Positions 1 to 13,400 of a stretch of DNA of 64,000 nucleotides are shown here, piece after piece. The stretch spans positions 62,001 to 126,000 of the forward strand of contig DF237108.1 of the NCBI GenBank assembly GCA_000708835.1, in the 5' to 3' direction. Under the pieces are notes generated by a model. It was not told where the DNA came from, made no database searches, and saw only the letters and a list, made by a program, of their open reading frames with translations. The DNA is from Klebsormidium nitens. Its lineage: Eukaryota > Plantae > Klebsormidiophyceae. Positions within the stretch are counted from its first letter, which is position 1. Every line of letters begins with the position of its first letter. Position numbers and translations under genes: made by a program.

Positions 1-682
1 GAGGCCGCCTCAGCTGTACGGCGATCAAGCCTGATCGAGCTCATGCATGAGCCATGGCCGCGGCCCAACTGAGACGTCAGTCCCCCAACCGCGGCGCCCT
101 CAACACGCTGGTACTGGCGGTCCGGCATACAAAATGCTGCTGCCCCACCTAGAACTTATTTCGGCCAACTTGATTGGCCTTGCTTGGAGTATGTGACTTG
201 CGGACCACACGACTCGACTCGTCAGCGAATGATACGCTGATATTATACGCGTAATTCATGTCCACCTGATAGTAGCCGCAGAATCAATGTCTGAAAAAGA
301 AAGAATCCATCCATTGAATGGTCGGATGGAGTCGACCAGATGCACAGGGCTTGCGGCCCTTGACTCGATCTGCTATGTAGACCGACCATTGCATGCAAGT
401 CTCGCGACAATGATATCTATCCTCCGTTGCGTACACGTGACGAGCGCGGGTGAGGACTGGGTCCTGCCTTGGCAGGAAGAAGACAATCATTTTCGTAGCA
501 CTGAGCCGGCTTACGTTCAACGACCACTTGTCAGCGGGTCGATCCGGAACCCCAACTCTAGCACATACCTGCGGGTCTTCTGGCATGAGCGGACGCAACT
601 TCCTTCCCTAGCTGGCAATCCAACACTCGCGTCGCCAATGTATTTCTAACGTCTATCCTTTTTCGCAACGCACTTAAAATAA

Positions 683-3600
683 TCATTCCCTCAACACTTG
701 TTTAACGAACTTTTTAGTCTTGCCCGCGTTCGTCTCGGGCCGGAACGTGCACTTCTCCTCGAAGTCCTCTTCCGCCCGCCTGGCGACTTCCGCCTTCCGC
801 TGCTCGCTGCCGGAATGCAGCCGGAACGGCTGGGGCTTGGTTGACTGCCGTGAGAGGTTGGAGGGGATCTCGAGAAGGAAAGCCCGCCGCTCTCGTTCCT
901 CTTGCTCCTTTTTCAGGCGCTTTGACATCTCTTGCAGCTCAAGATATCTGCGGGTAGCAAGCGAAGATGACAGGAGCGAGATGCAGGCCAGACGGTCGGT
1001 CAAAGAACGGAGCTGTGGGACGAAATAATGTTCCGATGAACCAGGCGCGGAGCTCCACTCCAGAGTCGGAGACGAGGAGATTTGAGGGAGGAAACATCTT
1101 GCATAAAGGGGCTTCCATTCCATAAGCGTGCCCAAGAACAACCGATGAGGACAGAAGTGATCGAGAGGGGAGCGGAGCAGGGACGACTCTGCGTCAGGCA
1201 ATCTGTATCAAAGACCAACATTGCTTCAAAGTCAGACGAAGTGGATTCGAGTTTTCTCATCTTGGGCAGGATACGTGCAGCTTCCCCGCCCCTCTGTAAC
1301 ACCCTGCTCACTATTTCAGACGTCCGCTGATCCTAGTAATACTAAAGTCTTTGAGCGGGGGCCGTTGCCAACCCGCTTGCGAGAGAGGCTGCACCCTCAC
1401 CTGCCAAGCCCGGGGACTATCACCGGCTGGTCCAGCTGTTCCGGTGGCGTTCCGTTGATCGCCGGCCGGAACGTGCAATCCTGCAGCTCCTGCTCGCGCT
1501 GGAGCTCGCGTACGGCCTCAATGCGCGCCAGCCGCTCCTGCCAAAAAAGTCTCATGTTTTAGGGTTTCGGTTCGATATTGTCGGATTTCACTCAAATGAT
1601 GTCGCTTTTCCTGTTCTTTGCTTATTGAACAGGTAATCAGGCATTGCGCAATGAGATGCAAAGTTGGACTTCCTGGCATCAAGCGACTGGTGATCTGTAC
1701 CTGTCAGCGAAGGTCTTCGCTTGTGAATGGTTCTAAGTTGAGAATGCCGCCTTGACCAATATGACTGGGCACTCAACAGGCTGCGCTGATAGGCCCAAAA
1801 TCTCAAATTCAGATGGCAGATACAACGTCCTCATGCAACAAGAAACAAAATTAGACTCCGAAAAACTTACAATTCAAATTTGACTCTTTCTTCGTCGCGG
1901 AATGTATCGGAAACTAGCTTTCGTACCGAACGTCAAAGACCAGGGTTAAGAAAGAGCGTCACACGACATTTTGGGTAAAGGTGTAAGTTAGGCTTACCCT
2001 TTCTTGCTCCTGTATTCGAGCGCTAATCAGCTCCGGGTCCCGCATGCTGATCGTCCTTCTCGAATCGGACGTCTCTAGCGACGGCCGTGACAACTGTACG
2101 GACGACCGAATGCTACGTCAGACAATCCAATATTGAGTTCCATAGTTTTTGAGCTGGCTGGCTTCAAAAGCTCGTTGCTGAATATGAGGACTTCGGATCA
2201 GCTGAAAGTCTGTGTTCGAAATTGAAGGGCAATGAGCCTCGTGAGCCAGTATCGAGTCCATTCAGACATCTTTCTACAAGATATTCAGAAAAGGGGGAGT
2301 CCGCCCAAAGAAATCTTGCGGCGACAGACGGAAATCACCCGCCTGTCGCAGCGTTTTCCGACCGTGCTTCTTTTGCAAGCGACTGCAAAGGTGGATTGTC
2401 GAGCATTCTGGTCGCCGTATGAGACATGCCTCACGACGCCAAACATAAAGAGGATACAAAAGTCAGCCACGTGGCAACTTGGTGACATTACGCACCTCTG
2501 GTTGAAACGTGCACTCTCGCTTCTGGGCCTCTTCCGCTTCCGCCCGCAGCATCTCCAGCTTTTGCTTGGCGCGGTCGTCCTGCGGAGCGGATCCGATTGC
2601 GTCGATACGGGAAGCCCGCCTCTCATCAATCGTAGCATGAGTGTGAAGATAGAATCATTCAAAGGGCGTAGAAATACGCCGATCTGAGCGCGTTACTCAG
2701 GCATGGTCGAAATTTTAAAGGGCTTGCACAAACTATGACTCTCGTAAGGTTCCGACTTACGTCTGCGGGAGTATAAGTCTGTCTCAGGTGCGCGGCGATT
2801 GTACCCCTTCGCACTGCCCAACCGGCAGAAATCCATCCATCTCAAAGCCTCCTATTCTTGGCCTCTCAAACCAACCCGCAAAAGTTACCGCCACCAGAAG
2901 CGAAGCAACTCAGAAACAGAAAAGCGACCACAGGCAGTGGAGTGCAGAAGCAACCGCCACCATAATGCGAAGCACTCAGAAAGATGACAGCCAACCAATC
3001 TAGCAACCCAGTGTTCCACACTTTCCATGGGCAGCCTGACCGCAAACTAACGGGCCGGTAACGGGAACCAGAAAGGAAACGCGAAGCAAACCCGACTCTC
3101 CCTTACCTTATGCAACAGCTCGACGGAAGGGGGGCGACCAACCAGCCTACTAATTGGGTTGAGTGCCGGCCGAAACTCAAACTGCGCGTAGTGCTGCTCC
3201 GCTTTCAGCCGTCGGATGGCTTCCAAGCGCTCCTTATCGGTGCACGCCAGCCGTTCGATGAGCTCCTGTCGCGACTCCCCAGCGTTCCGCCCCGCCTGGG
3301 CGAGAACCTCCTCGGCGGAACCGATGTCCGGGCGGAAGCGGCACTCGGCGGACTGCCGGCTTTGTAGCTCAAGCTGCAGTGAGGAAGACATAGGCATGAC
3401 GTCAGGGGTAGAAGAGAAGCACCACAATCAGAGTTCCATGCTTTCCTTTGATCTATCCTGTCTCTATCCTGTTAGACAAAGGCTCGGCTTAACGTAGCCT
3501 TGATTGCGTAATTCTAATCTTTATCATGAGGAGAATCGCCGCTTACTTTGATGCTGATATTTGGTGCAGCTTGACAAGTGGCTATCAACGCAAATCCCTC

Positions 3601-6600
3601 CCGAGCACTACCCTTTCCTTTAAGTCCAAGGTTTTATTGAACATACATCGTTTCGTGACCTTCCCAAGTCCACTCGTCAGAGTTACTTCCAGTCTGGTCA
3701 ATTCTAAATCACTTTCTGCACGATCAGGCCGCTCGATTTCAAGCCCCAAAAAGCCCTGAGATACTGAAAGTGATAAAAAAAACAATGGAATCCTTTTTAC
3801 TGTTTGTTTTTCCTTGACTCACTTGTTTTTGGTATCTCAACTCGTTGAACAAGTGCTGCCGCGTGAGGAAGTCGCCGTCCGCCGGAACGTACAGCGCCTC
3901 GTTCAGGATCCGTTCCGTGCTCGGGTTGATCTCCGGCCGGAACGGACACTTTTCCTGCTCCTCTAGTTCGCGCTCTTCCTGCGGAACGAAAAGGGTCACC
4001 TCTGATTATAAGAATCATGAATGGACGTGCAACCTTGAGCTCTTTTCTAAGAGCAGCTTTTGGTTTAATATTCGGTCAATACCGGTGAGAACTTGCTAAA
4101 CGTAGTTTACATCTCATTCTCTCTCCCTCCCAACTTTCAATAAGTCGTTCTTCATTCAATTGAGAAAAGCAAATTGTCACAAGCTCAACCTGAAAATCTT
4201 GAAACATCGAACGACGAGTGAAAATCGAAATGTTTTGGAGAAGGAAAGAACCAGTCAACCAACTTTTACTTCGGAGGGCCAATCTTGTAAGATCATAAGG
4301 CAATGCGACTTATGCTTCAGAACGTACAAAAGGCCTCTGAAGCTCACCACGCATCGCAGCTTTCGGCCAAGGCTGGCCGTCGATGCGAACGTCGTCAGCC
4401 GGTCTGCGACGTCGATCTCCTCTAGGCCCATCCGCAACGCGATCCGCTCGCTCCGGTGGTTGATCTTCGGGCGGAACGTGCCTTCGTTCCGCTGCAGCTG
4501 CTCGCGCGCGCGTGCCAATGCCTCGCTCTTTCGTCGCTGCAGTAAGGTAGGTCGTAAGCTCCAGTCATAACGGACTGCTTTTGAAAGGCATCTTGCTGTG
4601 ATAGTCCGTACAAAGGGCGTGAAAAACCTTCAACCTCGAATCTTGTAAGCGGCAGACTTTGGCAACACATCATGACACTTTGCTCCTAAAGCGAGAGTGC
4701 AAGGAAAGTCTCTTTCATATCTTAGCGTCTTAGGGAAGCTCCTAGAAGCACTCTCCTTTCACTTTGCGCTCATAAGGGCTGCAAAAGCCGTTGTCCGTTG
4801 GATACTGCTGGAAGAGGACGAAGCCGACCTTGACAGACGTCTTCAGGCTTTCGGAAGCACCCGACGTGAGTTCTGAAACATTTCTGCCGGAAGATGAAAA
4901 AAGGAATCCAGAATCGATATATATGATATGGACACAGGCGAAGAAAGGGGGATTCCTACCTGGATTTCCTCAAAACGCTCGTAGATCGGCCGCCGGTCCT
5001 CTGACGCGAGGAGTTCGGACACGTCCGAGATGTGCGGACGGAAAGTGCACTTCTCTAATTCGGCCTGCTCGACTGCCCTCCGGATCTGCACATTAGAGAC
5101 CCATGTCAACATTTGTGCATCCCTGTATTTTAGAACGCCCTCTTCATCTGCGTGAATCATCGGAGAACCAAGTCATGAGGTACGTGAAGTGACCCCGATG
5201 ACCGACAGCCAAAACGGAAACGGAAACGGAAGCGGAAGCGGAAACGGGCGACCAATCTTCAGCAGAGGGATTGGAGCGGGGTTGAAGGAGATTGGTCGAG
5301 GCTGAATATCAACAGGTCCTGGCTGGTGGAAGCAGTCGAAAAAGAGGGCACGTCAATTCGCCGAGATACTCGCGGAGTAGAGACAATCATCTCAGCTATT
5401 TGAATTGCTTTAAGGTCAATGGACATTGTACATCTCCAGGCATGCTAAGGCCACGTTCGCGTGTTATGCTGGGGCAGACAGCCTTCAATTGAACGCACCA
5501 ATATCGTATGGACCTGTGACCCTACGTTTGAAAGCTTGCTAATAAAAGATACAACGTGGGGATCCGTTTCGGTCCTCACCCGCTCGCGTTCCGTAGCTTT
5601 CCGCCGCCACTCGCCGTGCAGCCGCTCGTCGATGGGGCCTTTCCGCTGGTGGAGCATTCCGCTGTCGATGCTGACGGAAGGCCGGAACGAGCAGCTCTGC
5701 ATCGTCTCGTTCTCGCGCTGCTCGCGCACCTGCGCGTACTTCTCGTAGGTGCTCGACCGCGGCCGCGCCAGCTGGCGGATCCGGTCCTGCAGGAACGGAA
5801 GCTTTCCGTCGTTCCGTTGTTCCGGTATTTATATATCCCGTTACGTTGATTAGTTTAAAGTTTGTTGGATTGCGCAGTTGCACGTACTTTTAGTAGGTGC
5901 TCGAACGTGGCCGCGCCAGCTGGCGGATCCGGTCCCTGCAAAAACGGAGGTATCAATTCCGTTGTTCCGCTGTTTTTGATGTTCTCGTGTTCCGCTGTGT
6001 CAAGTTTCAGATTTGCGCACCTGCGCGTACTTCTCGTAGGTGCTCGACCGCGGCCGCGCCAGCTGGCGGATCCGGTCCTGTAGGAACGGAAAACTGTTCC
6101 GTTGCTCCCTTGACGTCTTACATTTCCAGAACCCTTTGCCTTGCGTCGAAAATGGCTCTTTGGTCCATTTGATTCGGAGATCGATGTTCGGTTTTGGACC
6201 AGGAACTGGACATCTGTCAATTCTTCTTCTGTAGACCGGGCAATGCCTCTTTATCCCGCTGGTCTGTCGTTCTTTCAGCCCAGCAATGCTACTTGTCCAT
6301 TCATCCTAGTTCTGAGCGCACTTCCCCGTTCAAAGGAAAGCGAATATGGTAGTTTCGCTTCACAAAATGACCCAGTGCCAAGAAAAGAAACAGCTCTCCT
6401 TAAGTCAACCCTTCGCTATAGGCATCACTTCTAGAACCAGGCATGACTGGCAGACATAACGAGACCACCAGCCCTTTACTTCCATCCACAGCTTCAACCA
6501 CGAACGCTTTGTTCCGCTCACCTCCCCGTGCAAGCGGAACGTTCCCCCCGGAATGGACGAGCTCTGCAGAATGTGCGGCTTGAAAGTCAGCTTCTTTTGC

Positions 6601-9405
6601 ATCTCCTCCTGGACCCTTCGGCGGACCGTCTCCTTCCGGTGCCGCTCTCCTGTGCCGGAACTCAACCGGAACGGCTCCACCTTCGTGACCTGCGGATTCA
6701 GCAATGGACATGTTTGTCTTGGATAGAGGGAACAGGAAATGACAAAAAGCAAGGGCGGCAAGAGGATGTGGTTGTGGCAAAAGAAGCTCTAAGAATCGCG
6801 AATTCTTCGGAAAGCAGTGTGCCCAAAAAGCGAGAACTTTGATCACATAAAACGGCTGGGCACATAATGAGGAACTTTCTTTGTCAGGGCGCAGGAAAAG
6901 CCATTCGGATTTACAGTCCCCGCTAAAGCCCTACGACTCTTGAAGTCTTTCGTCATAGAATCTTGTAACCCTGAGAATCTTGGAAATTCTACTACGCTAG
7001 CGTCCACGCAGAACTCCGAACAAGATGCTTTCGACGCAGCCCTCTTGATTGATATGTGGTTCATCAGCTGAGAATTTTCATCGTCGAAACAAAAGTAGCA
7101 CGGCGACCATTTAACCACATCAAACTTGCATGCGGTCTGTGATACTTGTGCGGCATACCGGAAAGGCCGAAACCAAAAACGGACTGCCCAGTCGAGGCTC
7201 GCTGCAATAGTCTCTTGTTTCAAAAGCGGATGATACCTCGTGTCAAAATGCTGAGATTCCAAGATAAGCATGTCGACCTTAGAGAAGTGCTGTCAGTGGT
7301 GAATATCCAAAAGGAGACTGCTCACTTACCTTTCCCTTCGGCACTCCATTTTCCTTCCCAGTGGACCTGGCAGTACCTGGTCTTCCACTTGCCCCTGTGC
7401 TGGACTTTTGTTTTCTTTCTTCCCCATCTGCCCGACCTCTTTCGTTTGCTCCGATTCCGTCTCCCGTTTCGTTCCGTCCGTCCGCTCCTGTTCCTTTCTC
7501 CTTTGAATCCCTCACTGTATCAGATAGCGGTCGCACCCGAGCTTCTACCGATTCCCCGTTTCCTTCTGGACCACTTGTTCTTCCATTGTGATATAACGAA
7601 GATGTCAGCCGATCTTTTTCGTCATCCACATCCGAAGCATTCCCAGTCTCTCTTCTCCGGTGCCCTTGTGAAGCTGATGCGTCGTCTTCTTCCAATTCGC
7701 GCAAGATCGCGCGTTCTAGCGATGCAACTCGATCCTCAATATCCTCTTTTGGAGCATTTCCAGCATCTACATCGCCCAAAACGTCCGCAGCATAAAACAC
7801 CTCGGGATCGTACACCCCTTCCGACCCTCCGCTTCGGACACTCCGGCTGGAACTAGACTGTGCGCCTTTTCCAAAGTCCGGGGATGCGAGACTGGCGTCC
7901 GAAAGCCGTCCATTGCGCTCGATCTCCCCGTGCGATCTCCAATCGGGCCCTGGAGTCCCGCTAGTGCTCGGCGCCCCGCCACTGACGTCGTCAGCCACGT
8001 CATCGCCCCTGCTGACGTCATCGATCACGGCATCTCCCCTGCTGCTGGTACCCGGAGAGTAACCAAACCGGCTGGCCGGCGCGCGTCTGCTGTAGCTTTC
8101 TGACAGCCTGCCGAACGTAGTCGGGGTTGCGCTGCTCTGGGGGGTCAGAAGTTCGCCCCTCCCCACCCCCCCGCCAAACATCGTTCTTGACGCGAGATTG
8201 GACTCCACAGAAGTGCGGGCGAATAATGGGGATGACGCATTTCCTCCCCTGGACAAGAAGTTTTCCGCATCCTGAAACGCCTGCTCCGCTTCTTTTGCTG
8301 CGCTTGGAGAGGTTTGTGGCAAGTCCTGGGCAAACCCGTCTCCTATTTGGGCAAAGTCATCCCCTATTCTCTCAAACTCGCTGAGCACTTTGGAGAAGCT
8401 TTCCCGCGCGGCCGCTTTCTGCTGCCGAAAACTTGACTCCGGCCCCATGGGTATTTGCCACAGACCCGTCCCCGTGACGTTGTAGATTCTCCCCTCCCTA
8501 GTTTCAGAGTCCCCCATACTTAAGCCTGCTCCAGTACCAAAAGCAGCTCTGGAAACAGATGGTGACTTCCTTTCCAACGATTGCTCCATAAGAGTCCCAT
8601 TGCCGAGTACTGCTCCAGAAACAGACACAGGCTCATCATTTCTTGGTGCTTCTTCAAGGTGCTCGTTGATTGCAGTGTCATCATCCTCTGGGAGCTCAAA
8701 AGCAGAGGCTCTACGGTCTATTTTGAAACGGTAGCTCGTTGCTCGAGCGTGCAAACTTACTGCTTTCTGATCGCAGAAGTCATTGGCAGTCGTTGCGTCC
8801 GCTTGACATACTCCATCGGCTGTTGTCCCATCAACACTTTGCCGCCTTGATTGAAGCAGCTTTGCTAGGTCGCTCTTTCTACTCGCTCGCAAGTCAACTC
8901 CCCAATCTTTGCCACCGCTTTCCGCTTTTGCATGCCCTTGCTTCGAGAAACTACTCCTCTCTTCATGCGCTTCCAACCCGTTCACATTCCCTAGCTCATC
9001 ACCACCACTCTTTTCCTGATTGTCGAAGGGGCCGAACCGTAGAGTCCCGGACACAGTCAGCCTTTTCTCCTCGCCAGTATCGGAGTACTGCGCAATGGAG
9101 ACGCGTCTGGATGCATCAGCACTCTGGCCTGCACTCTCAGGTTCCAACACATCGCCCCAGGACGCATCAAATGCACCACTCAGGTCAAATGCAGCTTCCC
9201 TTTTGCCAATATCTTCCTCCAAATCCAGCCCCCTCTGTCTAGAAGCGCCTCTGTGCTGCAGAGCTGGCCGTGGAAAATGGTCCTCTGCATGTGTGTCCGC
9301 TCTAGTTGCTTGGATCCCTGCAGCTCGCTTCTCTGTGGCGAGCCGGAGCCGGGCGAGGATCTCCTGCTGACGGCTAAGACTTGAGCTGACGCCTCCATCG
9401 TCCAT
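683..9405 (-). CDS. Uncharacterised ~1256-aa protein. Low-complexity N-terminal half; C-terminal half has ~10 [C]xF[RKQ]P-x-I/T-N repeats and two TPX2-like TKxxPFRL motifs. Probable microtubule-associated protein. Exons: 9405-7330, 6689-6522, 5786-5580, 5085-4960, 4536-4348, 3978-3823, 3373-3107, 2579-2496, 2093-1998, 1537-1401, 947-683.
   Basis: 710-aa ORF 7279-9411 forms exon 1 (donor GTAAGT at 7329). Ten further GT-AG-bounded, GC-rich exons join in frame (3771 nt) to TGA at 683-685. Motifs read directly: LTFKPHI, CSFRPSVS, CTFRPHIS, GTFRPKIN, CPFRPEIN, CRFRPDIG, FEFRPALN, CTFQPE, CTFRPAIN, CTFRPETN. Function is inferred from motif resemblance only. Confidence 0.85.
5213..5247. repeat. (A/G)CGGAA hexamer microsatellite, intronic
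   Basis: aacggaaacggaaacggaagcggaagcggaaacgg. Confidence 0.8.
5724..6095 (-). repeat. Exon-edge tandem array: 3 copies of acceptor + first ~60 nt of exon 3 (copy starts 6077, ~5935, real exon 5786)
   Basis: CAG|GACCGGATCCGCCAGCTGGCGCGGCC... occurs three times ~142-149 bp apart. The 6077 copy is identical to the exon for 63 nt; the middle copy has an extra G and an in-frame stop. Confidence 0.95.
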
Positions 9406-10493
9406 TTTCAACCTGATCCAAAAATTTTATCAGTTGATCATGGCTTGGAGGCAGCTTGGATTGGACATCAAGTAACAGTCATAGTTGACCATCAATTGAT
9501 ATCGCTGGACTCATGAGCTCCTCTTCAAAAGGGAGCTGGGACTTGGAGACTGATGACTGAGCCGGTGCTCAGTCTCTCTCCTTCATGCTCTCTCCTTCAT
9601 GCATGAAGAAAGCCAGTCGCCGTGTGAGCTCCCTTGCAATTGGGGCGTACAGATGTGCGGTCCGAAGTCCGATGTTGCTTGAATTTCAAAAAGTGAGTTT
9701 TGCTTGTGCGCTGTGCATGCATTTGGTGTCTCGTGTACAGTCCGGTGTCAGCAGCAAACTCAACAAAGCCTCGGTCCCCTCTTTGTCGGCGCGCGCACAT
9801 TACAAGAGTTTCCGTCATCGAACGCCTTCGCTGGTTCCAAAGAACGTCTAAAAACATCGACATTCGATGCAGAGAATCAACCACTGATTGGACTTCCAGA
9901 CCGCCGACGCTGGACCACAGTGGGCAGCTCATGGCTGGCAAAAGTCGCAGGGCAGAGCAGGTACGCAGGGTGTGCATTTTGCAAAGAACCAAGCTATCCT
10001 AGGTACTTGTCTGACAGACCAATGATAATTTGGAGTTCCTGGTGTAGAATTGTGATTTGTATAGGAATTGTAGGTTAAAGCTAGAGCTGTGTAGAGCTCT
10101 GGCTCCCACCATTGGCATTAGGCATTTTTCGGTGGTGTTGGATCAGAGCCAGCATGCAATAAACTGGAGCTCATGTACTGGTGCTTCGCAGTGTCCAATG
10201 CTTCCCTTTGCCTCTAAGCTCGAGCTACATTTTCTACTCTCATATGAAAGCTATAGGTGGTTTTCTGCAATAAGCATCTGCCACAGAGAAGCCAGCTGTG
10301 GGTGTGCAACAAGCTGGCTAACAGCTCTCTTCTTTGACATAAGTCGATGGCATTATGGGCTTCTTTCAAAAGAGCTCACAATCAGCGGGTTCACTGCATC
10401 TGGGGCAAAAACCCCCCACAACAGGAGGTAACTTTCTCATTTCTAGCATTCTCCATGTAGAGAGCTGCAGTCTCTTCTATCTTGCAGCCAAAA

Positions 10494-13400
10494 ATGGAGG
10501 CTGCGCCAGAGGCTGCAGAAGAACCAGAGGTGGGAGCAATGAGCCACGAAGACGCTGTGCAGAAAGTCACAAAGAAGGCCAGGATGAGGGGAGCTGTCTC
10601 TGACAAGCCGGACTTGGAAGCCGTGAGCATTGGCAACATCCAGCAGATGGGGAGGGCGGATCCAGTCCGGGCTGTATCACAACTCGCACAGCATTCTGGT
10701 CTAATCAGGAAAGAACCACGTAGTACTCAAGCTCTGCGTGCGATTGGAGGCCAGCAAACTCGGCTAAGACCAAAAGGCACCACAAGTGCATGGGCCGAGA
10801 CTTCTCCAGTACCGACAATACCACCTCTTAGAGTCTTGGACTTCACTGAAGACTTCGAGACGGATCATGCAGCGTCGCCCGCACACACCACCTTGCTCCC
10901 CAACCTTTCAATACCTTACGGTGTTTCCAAAGGGTATGCGCAGCTGACGGAAGCGCAATCTCCACCGAATCTGGCACAACTGATAGCTTCGGAGAAGTCA
11001 TTTCCCGGTCTAGCTTCCCCCCAGTCTCTAGAAGCCAGCAGGTCGCTCACAGACCTCCACAGCAACAAAAGCCCCACCACTCCGGTCATCACGCGCAAAC
11101 CAGCTCCGCCGGTTTTGGCAGCCTTTAACCCCAAAGACCAGTGGCTCCAAAAAGCTTACAAGAGTCAGGGCCTCCTTCCAGTTCTGCCCCAGAGCTCTCC
11201 GCTCAATGAAGCTGGTGCGCGGCCTAAGCTTCCAAACACAGATCAGCCGGATGAAAGAGACTTGGAATTGACGACGTCCGCGCACGCTCACCGTAGGAAC
11301 GAGACCTGGTTGGACGTGACATCAGCGAGCTCCCGGCTTGGCGCGTACGCCAATGCCGATGGCGGAGACCTTCAAAAGTCGGGTCGGAGGTCCGCGAATG
11401 ACGTCACTCGCAGTAGCAAGGAGGAAACAGCATTGAGTGGGGAAACACGGCCGAGGCCAACAACCGTTCTGGGAGCCCCTCGACCACGCCTGTCCCAGCG
11501 CAGAACGCCGGACCAAACAGAATCTCAAAACCTGAAGCCTGGGAGGCGGAGGAGCGAGTCAAAACTAGAGGCAGACGAGAAGCTCGCGAGCTCGTCGCTG
11601 GAGAAGGATCTGCTGGAAGGGTTCCTGGCGCCAGAGAATCTGCAGATGTACGGGTTAGGAAAAGATGAGTGCTACCGGCTGTTTAGGGCACTCAGAGTGT
11701 ACAGTCTGGGGTTTCAAGAGGTGGTACTCGAGTTGCTGCAGCATTTGGCGGACCGGAAGGAGGTCATGCTGCACGTCTGGCGGTGAGCCAAATTGTCTAT
11801 CCCATTGCCTCTCTTTTCTGTTGGTTCTGGGGAAAAGTCATGGTGAAAGTCTTGGTGTGAGTTTGTCTGTCTCGCTTTTCTTACTCCTTTCTCGCCGTTC
11901 TTTCTGCTGCTGTCCTCTGTATTGTTGCATAAGAGTGAGAGGACAGCGTCGGTGGGAACGGAGTGGTGTTACGTTTGTCCGGGGGTATTGGCAGGTGGCA
12001 AGGTCGATGCTGGCTTGGAAACCTGGTCAATTCATTAGAACACAACGAACACATTTCGAGTCCACCAATGACATCCAGTGTTTGGCGCAAAGGCAGTGGC
12101 ATGGCACTGCACCTGCGATCGGCTGCCCTTTCACTTAGTGTTGATTGGAAAATGTTGCTTGAGATTACATAGATTCAGGTGCTGATACGTTACGGAGGTC
12201 ATGTGATGTGAACATCACTGCCTTTGAAGATTGCGAGCGTACTTCAAGACATAGAACGGTCACTACCTGAAAGAGCGAGAGGCCTTCTTGGGGGTGTTCA
12301 CATCCGGGTTGCGTTTTGCAGGGTCTTCGCAAAGCTATGGGATACGGCGACGTTCACACGTTTCGAAAGTGAAGTGGTGAGACTCTCTACCGTCCCAACT
12401 GAAAGCGTAGTGCTGCTGCATACCAACTAGAAGGGTCAAGTCTTCGGAAATCTCAACACGTGCGTTCATACTCTCATCAGTCGGATGGTGTATTTCGTTA
12501 TGTGCAATCGTCTCCGGCCTACGGCCTGATTGACAGCGGCAAAGAGGCTAGCGTTTTGCATGTGACAGGAGCCCTGTCCCTAGTCATATTGCAAACTGCT
12601 TCATTAGAAATAAAAGATCCAAAATGGAACAATATGCACATGTTCTGGTCGCTGCACGCCTCGTTGTTGAGAATGCATTTTCCCCACGTTGATAGCAACA
12701 TGGAATTTTTCTGCAGATATCCATTGCTAATGAAAGGGACCGGTTACGGGGCCAGAACACAGATCTAGAGCAAAAACTAAAGTAAGTACCCGCATCTGTC
12801 TTTCGCTGGTCTGGATATTTGATGAGGGTTTCTGATACCGCCAGATTGTGCGCCGGCCATGTATGAAGTAGACGAACTGTCACTCCGTCAGAGACCGAGT
12901 CCAAGCCAAAGGCGTCGGAGGGAGCAGTGAAGCGACGTACTCTTCAATCCAATCAAAAGTCTTTCAGCACTGACTACAGCCTCGAGAAACAGGATAGCGG
13001 ATAGCGAATTGTAGGATGCTGCTGAAACCCTGCTTGCAAATGGAACTGGCCGACGATCCAGTCCATCATGCAGTCAGACATGAAGCGGTAGGCGCAAACC
13101 TTCCTACTTGTGATTTGCAGGGAGACCAATAGCGAGCTTAAGGTCTTCAAAGAAGCACAAGGCAAGCTGATGGCGCAAGCGATCCAGCGCGCCATGGAGG
13201 GCCGTACGACTGACGAGATCCTGAGGGAGGCAATGCTGGAAGCGGAGGAGACACGTGGCAAGCTCGCAGTGGCAGAGTCCCGGGCACTGTACGAGGCGAA
13301 AGGAAAAGCCGAGGCCCAGGACAGGGTGACGAGCGCGTTGACAGCGTTGATGGAAGAGCAGGAAGCGCGGGTGAGGATACGCTATAGGAGTTGCTCTGTT

